Shown: piece after piece, positions 13,770-27,807 of the stretch
Numbering within the stretch: position 1 is the stretch's first letter
Layout: each line of letters opens with the position of its first letter
Assembly (NCBI RefSeq): GCF_000150275.1
Contig: NW_002060945.1
Coordinates: 5,980,991-6,044,990, forward strand
Source of the DNA: Trichoplax adhaerens
Taxonomy: Eukaryota > Animalia > Placozoa
Reading direction: 5' to 3'
DNA: 64,000 nt
The notes under the pieces: generated by a model
What the model was told of the DNA's origin: nothing
Seen by the model: only the letters and a program-made list of their open reading frames with translations
The model's database searches: none
Program-made: the position numbers and the translations under genes

Positions 13770-14086
13770 ACTACTCTAAAATAACGTAATAATGACAGTA
13801 ATAAACGCTTTCGATATTAACAATAAATTATATGAAAAATTTGAGCATTTGGTGGTAGAAAAGTGTACTGTACACTTTCATTAGCATTTTCGCGTTATAA
13901 AAATATACAAATATTTCGTTCGACCAGTTCAGCCATGCTGACGTATGCGATTTCATCTCGGATCAAGCTAACTAAAAGTTCAAAAAATCTTACTTTACCT
14001 TCGAGCTGTCTTTGATCTCTTTGTATTTAGTTAACAGCGGTAGTTATAAATGTGATTATTTGTGTTAGTTACTTACATTATTGAAT

Positions 14087-17000
14087 TCAGCTTGTGCAGT
14101 CTTTTCCATTACTTACTTCAAGTATAGATTGTAAAATGTCTAATATTAATCCCAGTAAAGAAGCTGCAAATGGTGGCTGTAAAATTGAAAGATATCGAAT
14201 TCTTCATTAACTATTAATCTTTCATGATCTTTAACATTATTATATAAAAATTAAAGTACAGTATAGCACAAATTATAGTTTAAAGTAGTTAAAATTATGA
14301 ACTTGAAAGTTATCTGGCGATAGTATCTACACTCTTTATTCACAATCAATGCTCTCTTTACCTTGGAGTTTAATGTAGTGTGTAAACGCTTCAACCATAT
14401 TTCGTCTTCTTTTTTCTGCTCTTCTATCTATAATAGTGTCATCATTTGTGTAACAATGTATGTAAAATTAATAAAGTAAGAATCTATAAAGATGTAGCAT
14501 GAAGAGTGACTAAAAATTATATATGCAATAAAGTAACATGATAAACTTATTACAATTCTCAAGAGGTTTCATCAAATTCAGGAGTTCCAATATTTAACCC
14601 AAGTACAATCATTTATACTCGGATACTGTATATATGAGCAAATTCTTCATCTACTTTTACATAAATTGAAGTAAGGATGTCGTAACCGATGCACTTCTGC
14701 AGCTAGATATAGACTCGTAATTAAGTACAGAATTTGGTGCTCTTAAAACTCTTACTAGTAACTACTATCTTTAAGAGATAATGAAATACCAATATAGCTT
14801 CATTTTTACTAGTGTTGATTGCAACCTTTTAATTTAGACCTACACTTTTACAAATTTATCAGTTAGCCATTAATGAATGTTCTGGTTCATGAAAAATTTC
14901 GGTATACCTACAGGAAACTCAAATATTTTCTTATGGATTTACCTTAGAACATTCTTGCAATGCTGTTGCCGATTGCATAATTTCGTCCAAGTCGTTATCA
15001 GACAAATTTAAAATAGAACATGCCATCAATTTTGCCTTTTTAATAGTATCCGATGATAGATCTTCCTGGTCTAGATTATTTACCGGAGATGTTGCAAGAA
15101 CGTTGCGATAGCTACCGAGCTGCTTTAACATTTCTTCAATCAGTGCCTATGCGATTTAATTAAGAATCCAAGTTAATATTTATTTCAATTATAACTTACT
15201 ATTTATTAATAAATTAATTCTTTAATTGATACCTTGGCAAAAGCATTAAATTCATCGATAACTTGATAGGCCTGTTTAAGCTTTTCTCTTGCTGCGGATA
15301 GAGCATTTTGACTATCATTGGCTAAACCTTGCATCTGTTCGGTTGCTGCAGCTTCCACCGCATTTGCTACAGCAGTAGCTCGTGAATATTTTGCTTGCAC
15401 TTGATTTAACTGCATGTTCTAGAGCAAAGTATACGAGAAAATACAGTTCGTAATCTGCAATATTATACGTTTCATTTTGATCCAACTAGAATTTGTTATT
15501 CTTAGCTTGAAATTACTTATTGAATCAAGTATTGAATACCCTATTTCATATTTTTATTTCGGGTACAGTAGACAACCTTATAATTCACGAATTGGCTATC
15601 TGCATAACCAACTATGTACTAGAGCAGCTCGTAATACCAAAGACTATCTAACCCATTGGGGCCGCAAAAAATTTTTATCACTTTCAACTTGATATTATTT
15701 AGTAGCTACCGCATTGAATAAATTATATATATTTTTAATTTAGTCAAGGTAGACGCCTTCAACTTAAATTGCAATTACAGCTTGTAAAGTAATTCAGTAT
15801 CTTCAATAGCATACAATCCATTTACGCTAACAAAGATTGCTAATTCTTAACTTGAAATTCTTTAGTAAGTCAAGTATTAATTATATTATTTCATATCTAT
15901 TTTTATTTAGCTTAACCGGTTAATACCGCAACTCATCATTAGCTATATAATTATGCAATAGCACGAAATAATAAGAATGAAAAGCAGGCATGAACTACTT
16001 TACACAGTATTATCATGTATACTATAGTAAACTTAATACCTTTCGATCGAGTTCTAACTGACATTTGGCATATTTTTGCTGCAAATCTTGTCTTGCTTGA
16101 CTTTCGAAGGCTAATTTTTGTTTCAAGCTAAGAACCTATCAAAGAAGTACGTAAGCATTTACTATCGATTCTAGTATAAAAATTTTAAAATAATCTACTA
16201 AGTATATGAGCCCTAAAATGTAATAAGAATGTTGAATTATGTATTGCCTATATCAAACGATTAATAAACAGCCAAGTAAACTGAAAGTCTATATTTCAAA
16301 GGAGGAAATCTTTACGTAATAGCTAAGCTATAAAAATGATGGTGGAGTTGTTATATCTTTGCAACAATATTAATAAGATAATATGAACAAGATTATAATT
16401 TATGTGTTACAAATGCTCAGAATTATGGCCTTATTATAGACGAAACATTATCTAAAAACTAATCTAATAAAAAATTTAAAATCAGTGCTAAATATAAGTT
16501 AACGCCATAAAAAGTAGATGTATCAAATCAATGAATAATTAATCATATATTGGTGAGTTTTTCAAATTTAGGAATGCATAAAAGTATGGATACTTTTATT
16601 TGATTTACTTATTACGTCCATCATTTCTGCTGACAATTTCGAAGCAGTAGTACTATCAAGCTATGTTTGAGTAATCTAGTTCTACACTACATATTAAGTC
16701 CATCATAGAAATAAAGGTTTAATATTCTTTTGAAAGAACATTCTGCTATCCTTATTATTTAGTAATCTCCATGCAAGTATTGCTCTACCAGCAAAAATAT
16801 GCTGTTATCCTATTGCTCAGTAACCTTCAATGTTTTCATACCTGTTTTTTGCGGAAGTTACTAGTTTCTAATACTGCTTTAGAGTGCTGCTCAATCTCCT
16901 TCCTGCTATCATCAGCACCCGCTAATTCTTCTTGGAAGGATTTTACTTTCGATTTCAACTCATCGATTAAAACCTTCTTCTGAACTACACTTCTCTCAAG

Positions 17001-20000
17001 TCTGTTTAATCTGTTGCAACGATAGTCCATATTAAGATAAGATATTAAACATTCTTCATTTATTTTGTTCGCAAAGTCCTATCTCAAGACACTAATTTAC
17101 TTATTCTTCGTTTTGTGAATTATCAAAATCAATTTTATGAGTTTACCTATCTTGATTAGATTTTAAACTTTCATCTTTTGTAGTTAAATCATTTTTCAAG
17201 GATTTAACTTGATTATTGAGTCGTGCACAATCATTCAAATAGGTCTTGACAAAATAAAATATGTTGATAAATTAAAAATGATTTTAAAGTGAAATAGGCA
17301 GTATTTTTATCAGTAATTCTAGAAAAAATCGCTTTACTTTGACTTTTAACTCTAATTGGCGCCAGTCATTTTCAGTTCGTTTAGGAGGAGGAATTTCAGC
17401 AATAGACTCTTTTTGCAGTTTAAAATTTTCGCTCTGACACTCTTCTAATTCCTTCGACAATTTCTGCCCAGTTAGGAGAAAGAAATTGTGACCGTTAACT
17501 TATATAATCTCGATATGTATTCTATCATTGAGATTAATTTTATCGATAGCCAAATATCAATACATAGCAACGCCCTGGCTTATAGATAATTTATAATCCC
17601 AGGCAAATAAAATTGTAAAATTATAAACTATCAGGAACGAATATTGAGGATGATCATATACCATAAATACTAAATAATAGTGGCTAAAAAATTTGACTTC
17701 AATCCTCCTAATATATAACTCGGTATATGAAATTTTTAGTCGAACTAACGACTAACCTGTAACGATTGCTTATTTAATTTAAGGCGTTGTTGAGCCAAAT
17801 TAAATTCAGATTCCAACTGATGATTTTTGACTTTCTCATCCGCAAATAACTTTTCTATACTTCTTTTCGCCTCGTGAACAACTCGAATCTATAAAGAAAC
17901 GATCGGATAGAAAAAGTGCTTATTCTTAGTATCTACTGACCAACTATTTTACGCAGCAATTAACGAATAAAGTCTCGATAATCTCTGTAGTAGTTATTAT
18001 AAGTAGATCTTTGGATTATTTACGATCAAAACAGTGTCGATTTAATTAATAGACAAACAGCGTTCATGACTACTACGAAATGTTATAACCTAATTTATAT
18101 GATCTAAGTTGCGCACAATAAAAACAGCCGCAGGTAAAGGCTATAGATGGTAGGTGAGAAATTTACTTGACGAAAATTCAGCTGATACTTTCAACTCTTA
18201 AATACCGTTATCATAGTTATAGAGAAAGTTTTACTTAGATCTACCTGTCGTCGTAAGCTTTGTACTTGAGCTTTTAAGCTACGGTTCTTAGCACCCAATC
18301 GTTGATTTCCATATAGCATTCTTTTTTTAGGTTGTGTAGATGGATAAGATGGCTTTGATGGGGTCTTGCCGATAGGAGAAGACTGACGGATGTTAACCTT
18401 GTCCTTTAGATTCTGAACATCGGATTTAAATTTATCTTCATCGTCGCTAAATTCGCTATTTTCATCCGTTTCTAGTAAATCTTCTGTTTGAACCTCTTTG
18501 TTCATCGTTGTGACTGCAGTACTAACTCCGATGCTAACATGATCATTTAGATTAGCTTGATCTTTTTGTTGCTGATCTAGCCTTTGCTCCAAGACTAGCA
18601 ATTGTTTCTCCAAGTTCTCAATGACAGTAGTCTGTGAAAGGCAAAAGAAGTTTATAGTGAATAAGCAAAATAAAGTTGCAAGTTTCAGCCATAGCTAAGA
18701 TTACTAGGATATCAATGGATGATGTATTTGTCCATGTCACCTTGTGATTTTCTTTATTAATGGAGGTTTCAATTTGAACTGAAGTGTTTACTTTTGACGA
18801 ATCATCTCGACTGAATTGTTCGTCCTCTATTTGTCGCTTGCTGGTGTTCTCCAATTTCTCCTCTACTGCTGCCTTGCTACTATTCATTTCTTGCTGAATT
18901 TTTGACTCAACAGTAAGTGGTGATTGTAGTTCTCGTTCCCTTGCAATAACATTTTTCATGACTTGTTGTTGCTTATACATGCTTTCAACACTTCGTTTTA
19001 GAATGTTTACTTCTTCTTGTAGAGCGCTAGTTTAAATTCAAATCAAAAAATTTCAAAAGTTGAATTGAATATTTAAGTGATCAGAAAGCTATTTGTATAG
19101 GTCTAAATCATGCCTATAAGTAGTCATGTTATAGGCAAGCTTACGATCTCTCCTCGATTATCTTCATTTTATCTATTTCTAGAGTTTGTTTGGCTTGCTC
19201 TAGCGTCTTAGCCTTTGATAGGCAGGATAAAATGCAAATACAAGACTAGGGTTAATATTTTAACTACATTAAAATCGTTCTCATTTTAGATGCCTCCATA
19301 TCAAATATTCTATTTACAAGATACAATTATATTTGTATATTTACCTCAAATTTACATCCTGCTAGTTCATCACTTAGATTATTATGGCGTAATTCTAGAC
19401 TTTTAGCTAATTTTTGATCTGTCAAATTTGGCAAAAATGCAAGACTTATCGTACCTAATCCTGAAACTGATGCAATAGTAAAGAAGAAAACGATGATAGA
19501 CATAATAAGCTATTCCTACAGGATTCTTTCTGCTGAACTACTTTTTCTAATTCTTGGATAGCTGCTGCATCATGAGCCACACGAACTCGGAGGCAGTCGA
19601 TTTCTTCCTGATCTTCGATACTATTTTACAAATCAGGCATTATTAATAGGCGTTTAAATGCTTTCAATGTCAGAAATGAATTATCCGCAAGAAATTGCTA
19701 GTTTTATGAATAGAACAACTGATATATAGCAGGAACTTGGCTACTATTTACTTTTGTTGTCGCAAAATTTGATTTTCTACTCTATAGTGAGCAAGTTCGT
19801 TCCAGACTGCATCACTATCTTCCTGTCGTAGTAATCGGCCATCAACACGTGGTGGAGGAGTAGTTCTTTCCCTAGTATAGAAATAAATGTTAGTATCCTT
19901 TTTAAGTGGAGAATAAGACTAAGCATCGATTCAAGAGAAAATATGGCTATGATTAATAAAATAGTAATCAAGATTCTGTTACTGCCATGTCTTTGAGATA

Positions 20001-23000
20001 CCTTTGATATTCATCATATGTTTGGAGTTGTTGCAGTGCTAACTTATGAGCCTCTTGCAATGATTTTAAACGATTTAATCGATTTTTATGCGCTCTTTTC
20101 AACTCATGAACTTCGGCAGTCTAGGAGATGATCCAATTTTGTCAATTTATTATAGCGTAATGAAGTAAAAGTATGGACGTCGATTTATCTAGAGAGATTT
20201 CCTTGACTCACAACATTAATACTAGACTATTTTTACCTTTTTAGTTAAAGCATAGATTAATGTGTCTCTGCTGCTATCAGAATAATCTGTCGCATGTTCT
20301 GACGGTGATAACGGAAGTTCATTACTTGTTGTAGTCTAAAAATTAACACCATCACGTAACAAAAATGAAGTGAAATATGAGAATATATAGTATAGCCTTT
20401 TGGAATAAGAGATATATAGTGATTGAGAGTTAATGTATTTCAGAGAACGGTAACCAAAATACTTCTAGATTAATAAGATATCGAATGAGGAATATGCAGT
20501 ATATGGTACATATATAGTATTGAGATCGAAATAATTACATTTAATTTTGTTGCATTGGTAGAATTTTCATCATCATTCGCCATGGGACGTTTTGCTAATG
20601 CCCGTTCAAGTGATTCTATTAATCTAAATAATTTTTTGATTTTTATTGAAACGACAGCAATTTTTTTATTATGATATTAATTTCTGGCTTATTCATTCCA
20701 TCGCAAAAGTCTACGATTAGCTGAATAAGTTTATTTATTTATTACAATTTTGCACCACTTCTACTTTAATGTACTCTAAAATTAATGCTATACGATATTT
20801 GGAAGTATTGTATAATAGCCTATATTGTGATCTTAACAACGGATTACGATAAATGATCTATTGGTGAAACTGATAGCATTTTATTAAAGAGAACTATCTA
20901 ACCTGTCTTTCATTTGCAAACTATTGCTTAGCTGTTCGACTTCTTCTTCTAGTTCGATAACATCACTTTCAAGGTGTTTCTGTAACAATAAAATCGTATG
21001 AGCTATAACATTAATTTTAACATAAACGTAGTGTGTATTCTTTCGAAATCAATAATTGATTCTGGTTAATTTCTTATGAACAACGGATTCAGTTGTATTT
21101 AGGAATTGCCAAAACATTGATAATTTATATCTAGAAATAATCAATAGCATCTATAATTACATTAGATTAAAATAGAATTAATTACCTGATTCTTTCTTTC
21201 CAATTGATTTTGCTGTTCTCGATTTCGCAATTGTTCAAATTGTGCCATAACATCATTCATCTCCTGCAAAATATCGATTCTAGTACAGATTAATATTGTT
21301 TTCTAGGAAGGATAATGATAGTAGGATTTATGGTATTCTACAAATGTGTTATTCTGCACTTGTTAATTTTAATATTAATTGTGGATTGTATTGCGTACAC
21401 TAATGAATATGCTGTTAAACAAACTTATCATTTACGATGCGTTATAAATGTAAACGGTGCATTTATATATGCCGCCATTTTTCAATATAATATAGAGAGA
21501 GTATAAGTACTGTAGTTAGTACTTAGTGTTATAATAACTTTAACTACGCGTTCAATTTCTTGTCTCCCATGCTAATTGAGAGCAGTGCGAATCTTCAATA
21601 CGGCTATCAGTCTTAACTCTAGATAGTAATACACAACACAAACCGCTTGAAGGGATTCCAATTTCCTTTCATATTGGTTTTCGATGTTTTTCTTTTCTAT
21701 TTACATGGTTGTAATACATGCAATTCATTTTAAAATTAACTAAATTTTAAATTCTTCCCATACATACTTAATAGTTTTGTTATATTACTAGTAATTTATT
21801 AATGTTCAATTATTAAAAAATATCTGATCACTCAAGTTCTGGGCAATATACGAGAATCTTTTTTGCGCATTTGTTATGTATTCAAAAATTGTGGTATATT
21901 TATATATTAACCGGTTATTGACAGTACAGATTTAATTTATCGCTAGTTTTAGTAGCACTAGATAGCCAGGATAAAATCCATTAAGCCGAAAAATAATATT
22001 TAATATTAATTATCCATAGAGTAATGTTAACACTTAATAAGCTGTCAATTAATATAACTTTCAATGGTACAAGCATTTGCTTGGATGATAGAAATACTAC
22101 ATAATTGCCTGTTGGCTAACCGTGATGCTTTTGTTATATCGTACTAATACTGCAATATAATAACACTTAATTTATCGAATTTTACCCAATTAAAAAATGC
22201 ATGGTCTAATAGTTACTCAGGCTCGGAGTAAAATGAACAGACTTGTTGACATGAATTAGACAAAGTCAACTAATACTCGATTTATAATAAAAAGATCGAA
22301 TAGATCTCAATTTTTACTACTGCCAACGTAAAAATAGAGTATTATCATATTCATTTCATACCAGTTTCGAACTTGATTTTAATGTTTTGAATATCATCGG
22401 ATTGTTTCTGAACTTCCTTCGAACAAGATTTTAATTCTTTCCTGTTGTTAAGAAAAGTTACACCATGAACAAAAAGTATCGTGTCCGCAATACTGTGTAC
22501 AGCAGTAAAGATTATTCGATACCTAGATTAGATAAATGCTAAAGCTAATGCAGAGAAATTCTTATTTGATTAAAAATTGATTGATACATTAGGGTTATTA
22601 ATATAGAATCAATTCAAATTAATACTAAAACTTTTAGAATACCACTCTGGCTATTCTTTAAAATCCCAGTTTATAGCTATATCACTATCATTATTCTATC
22701 TATCGCATTTAGTCGAATACGTAGGGCTAATTTTATATAAATATTTCAAAATCTTTGCAACGTTATAATAACTTACTGCAGTGCTTTTATGTGCTTATCC
22801 TTCTCCTCAGCTTCCTGAATATATTGTTGAACTGATTGAGTATGCTGCTGTTCCAAAATATTCTGCTTTTGGGCAAATGCTGCGGTAATTTCTTCCTTCT
22901 AATTTTGCAATAATGTAAGCAACATTCCGTTAATATCATTTAAGGATGATAAGAAAGTAAACTATTTCAACTTATAACGAACCTCTGCAGTTAAAGTATT

Positions 23001-25602
23001 ACACCGATCCAGATACTTTTGTTGTTTTGCTAACAGTTGCTATGTATTTCAACAAGGATTAGAAAAGTATAATTTGTAGAATAGTCATTGACGATATCTT
23101 AGCAAATATACTCCAGTTTTGCTATTAAACCTTTTCATGGACTTTCAAGTCTTGCATTTTTCTCTCACTTTTACTCACAGCTTCTTCTAAATTATTAACT
23201 TTACTTTCTAAAGCTGACAAGAAAGATCACAGAAGTTTACTCCTACTTCGTAGAATAAGCTTGTTATACAGCAAAATCATTAGATAAAATGAAAAACAAA
23301 TTTAAGTGTTTTAAAATACGATTTGACGATTATTTTAGATTGTGCTAGTTACTCCTCGGTCAGAATTGATGATTACCTTCATTTATTCCTTGTTGTTCTT
23401 TAAGATGTTTATCATTTAATTCATCTTTTAGCTTACTCTGAGTCTCCTTTGTTTGAATCTGTCATCATTAAATAAATCCATAAGTAAGATATCTGACATT
23501 ACACACATTACACTACGTTACAGCGTTCATTACATAGTCCATATCTTGGTTTATGTTGATATAAGTAAATTTTTCAATAATTTTATTTATTTTTACCATC
23601 AGAATCAATTCTACTTAAACAAATTTATAGCTAATTTTAATTTTGTTTGGGGAACTTAAATCGAATGGAGAAAATCAAATTACCAAATCATTCAAAACTT
23701 GTTTTTCAGCGAAGAGTTCATTTTTCTCTTTCAAGTGTAATGCTTTTTCATCCTCTATATATTGTTGTATTTGGCTTAATTGAGCTTCCTTATCGTCTAG
23801 ACTGAAATATAAGCGATATCGTATTTAATGGATTAAAAACCATATACTGTGTATGATATTTTTGCCAAATGATGCCTATTTGTTGTAGTAACAGCACATT
23901 GGGCGTGCATTTAAGTATCGCTTTTAATATGGTATTATGAAATGTAATTCTACATGTATTTGCATATACTCATAGGCATTGTAAGTGAATTGCTTACATT
24001 AATTTTATTGTCTGATGAAGATGATAGAGTACATTGATTTACTATTTTAAAAGAATAGCATAAATAGCAACACATATAGGAGTATGTTGTCGGCTCGATA
24101 ATTAGCTACGATAATTGCTATCACTGGCCAATTAATATACACTACCTTTTCTTTTTATCTTGTAATGTTTTTTCTGTCTGATTAATCGTCTATTAGGATT
24201 CAATATTAAAAGTTAGTTTATTCACTGGCTATTGATAAAGTATTTTAAAGACATAAAATAAAATTTCCGCATATCTATTTACTTCTTGTAGTTGCAATAT
24301 ATAGGCATCTTTGCTTCTCATAACTTCAAGTATTTTCTTATCTTTATCTTCAGCTTTATTTTTTTCTCTGCAAATGGCCATGGTATGTCAAAGTAAAATA
24401 GTTGAGATTTACTAGTATATGCGTACAGTAGTAGTGTACTAGTGCTAACCTTTCAACAACCATGGTAATAGCTGCTGTTAAATCAGGTCGAGTACTTTGT
24501 AACCGTCTCCATAAAGACCAGACAAATTCTTTATCGGCCTACATAGAAAATTTGAAGCTATATAATTTAATTTACCAAGATAGAAATTCAGATAGTTTTT
24601 TATTATAGGACGTCTCAATATTTGCTTAGGTTAATTAACTATCGTTCATGAAATAAGTCATTACTATACTACGATTACGTTACGCATCTATTTATACGAT
24701 TAAAGCTTAAAAATAACCGTTCAATGGCAAGTAAATATCGATCATCACGAGTTCTTTAAATTAGACATGTAGATATATTAGAGCTCTGACCTTGCAGCGA
24801 TTAAGTTCATCTTGTAAGTTTGCTATAGTAGCTGGTACATGATCAATTGATCCATTTCCTGATATAATCACGCATAATTATGAATTCGATTTAAAAATTG
24901 CACACGAATCTTCTTCATAGGTCACAAGGATACACTTATGTCTTTATAGTATAGTTGTTTTGTGGAAAACATGCGGCAATGGATGTTTGTGCATTAAATA
25001 GATCTTAATAAATCAGCAAGTAGAATAGAATAAAAATTGTACGTAATGAAACGTTATTGTAGGGTAGCTATACTGGACTAATACATCGGATGCATTTTGT
25101 ACAGTTGAAAAGTGAATTGTAATTGCTCAATTTAAATTAATAGGAATATTAGCATGTCATCTCATATCTTGGCGTCCATTTATTTTGGACTATAATAATC
25201 ATATACTTTTGTGGGTTTCTAAAATGTTTATATTTTAATAAAATACGCACATAGAGAGTACATCATACTTGCAACAATTGTGTTACGGCTGCGACGACGA
25301 ATCAAGTAAATTAAAAAGATCATGCCTCTAGGTAATCATTTTGGAGCAGTCCATATCGTAAATAGAGACGAGTGGAATACTGTAGCTAGCTGTAACTCAC
25401 CATTAGCAGGGCATATCAATTAGACTATCCTAAAAAATCGATGTTTCATGCGAATTTACACTATAATACTCAACTAAAATTGATGATTGTAATTTAAAAA
25501 TTTTGCCTATTCATTCTAAGTTCTGCACGCGATTTTAAAACTATTTGTAGCCTATCTTGAGTAACATCCATCCAATCATCACTTACCAGATATATCGGCC
25601 AT
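14087..25602 (-). CDS. CNTLN: Centlein, centrosomal coiled-coil protein (~33 exons)
   Basis: Exons 24450-24538 and 24283-24368 encode ADKEFVWSLWRRLQSTRPDLTAAITMVVEREKNKAEDKDKKILEVM, matching the conserved centlein N-terminal motif (DKEFVWSLWKRLQ...PDLTQ...VVEREKQK). About 30 further short K/E/Q/L-rich exons follow (ORFs at 18191-18980, 16836-17030, 15206-15415, 14931-15131). Probable first coding exon 25587-25602 (MADIS G|gtaagt) is in phase with 24791-24858. Last exon PPFAASLLG...TGA at 14087. Confidence 0.85.
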
Positions 25603-26379
25603 ATTGATCGAAAAATGTACGCGTGTATACCAATGTTCAAGATTAAATAGCAACGTTTCAATATTCAATCATGCCCTTGAAATAGGACATTACATTGGAG
25701 GGTAAGTAACTCTTTGTATGTAGTGTATAAATGGATTAGCCCTTGATACCATTTGCTAAAATTGATCAGGCGATTTGATGGAAAATATTAACAATTGCTT
25801 ACTATTAATAAGGTAAAGTTTGCAAGGATTATAATATTGATTCTAGTCTAATTTTAATTGATGCAGCCTCGAATCGTATCATGAAATACAGTACAGTTAA
25901 TTATCATCGAGTAAACTACAATATGACTATTATGATGAATGGCTAAGAAACTGAAGAGTAATTCTATAAGCCATATCAAAGACTAACACAGGTCAAAAGC
26001 GAAGCAATTTTAAAAGTATAGGAACAAAGTTTCAGTATTAATGCTGGCAATGAATTGACTTTCGGATAACGTAATTAGTATCCACGACTAATAATAAATA
26101 TAATCTAAGGCACTTTAGCGTAACAATTGAATTGAATTTATTAACGGTTTCAGTCGGTACTGTGCCGTTAACCATAGAAGTAGGGAAAAGCTACAGTAAG
26201 AATCTCGTACGGTCCGTGTACTATTAGTTGTTGTTAGTCCTGACTGTACTCAGAGGGCTGTTTTGTAGTCCTACTTTGAAGTAACCTTAACAAATTTAAA
26301 TCTTGGGTTTAACGGAAGGTCGGTACAAGTGTTTACAGTATTGTGCCATGCGCGGTACTGTACTGCAGCCATCACATTG

Positions 26380-26404
26380 TATATATATATATATATATAT
26401 ATAT
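26380..26404. repeat. (TA)n microsatellite
   Basis: About 12 TA units seen directly. A second (TA)n lies at ~33319-33342 in a CK1 intron. Confidence 0.9.
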
Positions 26405-27807
26405 TAACAAATATATACAATTGTACTAATTCAGAGTGTGGCTGAATACAGGTCGAGACTATGCTGTTACGACATATTTTTGCTTGAAACTTATTTGTTC
26501 AATGTAGTTAGTCTTAAATGGGTAAACGATTTCAGTAAACGTATACAGGATCACCATATAGCGCTGTATAATAAAGCAAGGATAGTGAACTTTTGTTTAG
26601 ACGTCTACAAAGTAGAAGTAGACTAGCGCCAATTAGAGATGCTCCAATTGAAATAGTTACTATACTTTATAGTATCTACAGATACTTTTCAATTTTTTCC
26701 TGTACACTTTGTAGCAATGACATGCAAAATAAGTTCCTATTGTTACCAATAATAGTGGACAACAGCACCGTTTGATTAAGGTGCTTAACTTTTTATAAAA
26801 TTACTCTATTTTTAAACTCTCCCAATAAACCATCTTACGATAATACACCATAAAGCTTAAAACAAAAAAGAGGAATAAAGGCATTTTTGCCCATGTTGAA
26901 ACTTATTTTAATTAATTCATAAGAGCAATACGTACAATAGTAGTAAGTAAAATACTGTAACTCCAGTGACAGTCCATATAAACATTTTACTCTTAATTAA
27001 ATTACGATTTTAATGTCAACAGTTTTTGTAACCTTATCTACAAGTTGCAATTTCATACAACGTGTTTACAGTAAGTATCAACCTAAATAGATTAATACCT
27101 ATGCGTTGAACAAGAAAAAAACTTATAGATTCCATATTGCAATCATTATTTGTTCAAATTATTCAAATACAATTCGTTTATACTTGCAAGTGAAAAAGTA
27201 TCCTATAGTAGCTAAAAATGCTTTCTATACCTCAACAAATAGTATATAATGATTGACTTTCGATAGCTATCGCAGGGCAGCAAAAGCACAGTGTTTAAAA
27301 ACACGCGATATGTATACATTGCATAAAATTCTTTGTAGAAAGGCAAATTTGTTACAATTCGAACATTTGTAGTGATTGTCTATGCGTGTACGCCTTCAAC
27401 AAAGGCGAAGGCTAGCTGTGTCCAAGACCTTGCTAACAAATATGAATTAGAATATTGAAAATGTTGCATAAATGGGAACAATATCAACATATAGAACTAC
27501 TCGAGTACTCTATGGCCTAACTAGATAAGATAATTAACGTATAGATTTTGTTAAGCATTTAAATTCTTCCATAAGAATATGTATCATATTATACAATGTT
27601 CACATGATGACGCATACAAATAAATTACAAGCATCTAGCAAGCGTTTTCTTAAATTATAGCTCTAATACAGTTATTATGGCACACGTATCTAATTTAAGG
27701 AATAATTGTTGGTCTTCACCATTTGCATCCTAGGATTTGTGTACCAAATATCGTCCTCCATCATAACAGAATATCGTCTTTTAACTTTCGTTTATATAAA
27801 AACTAAA

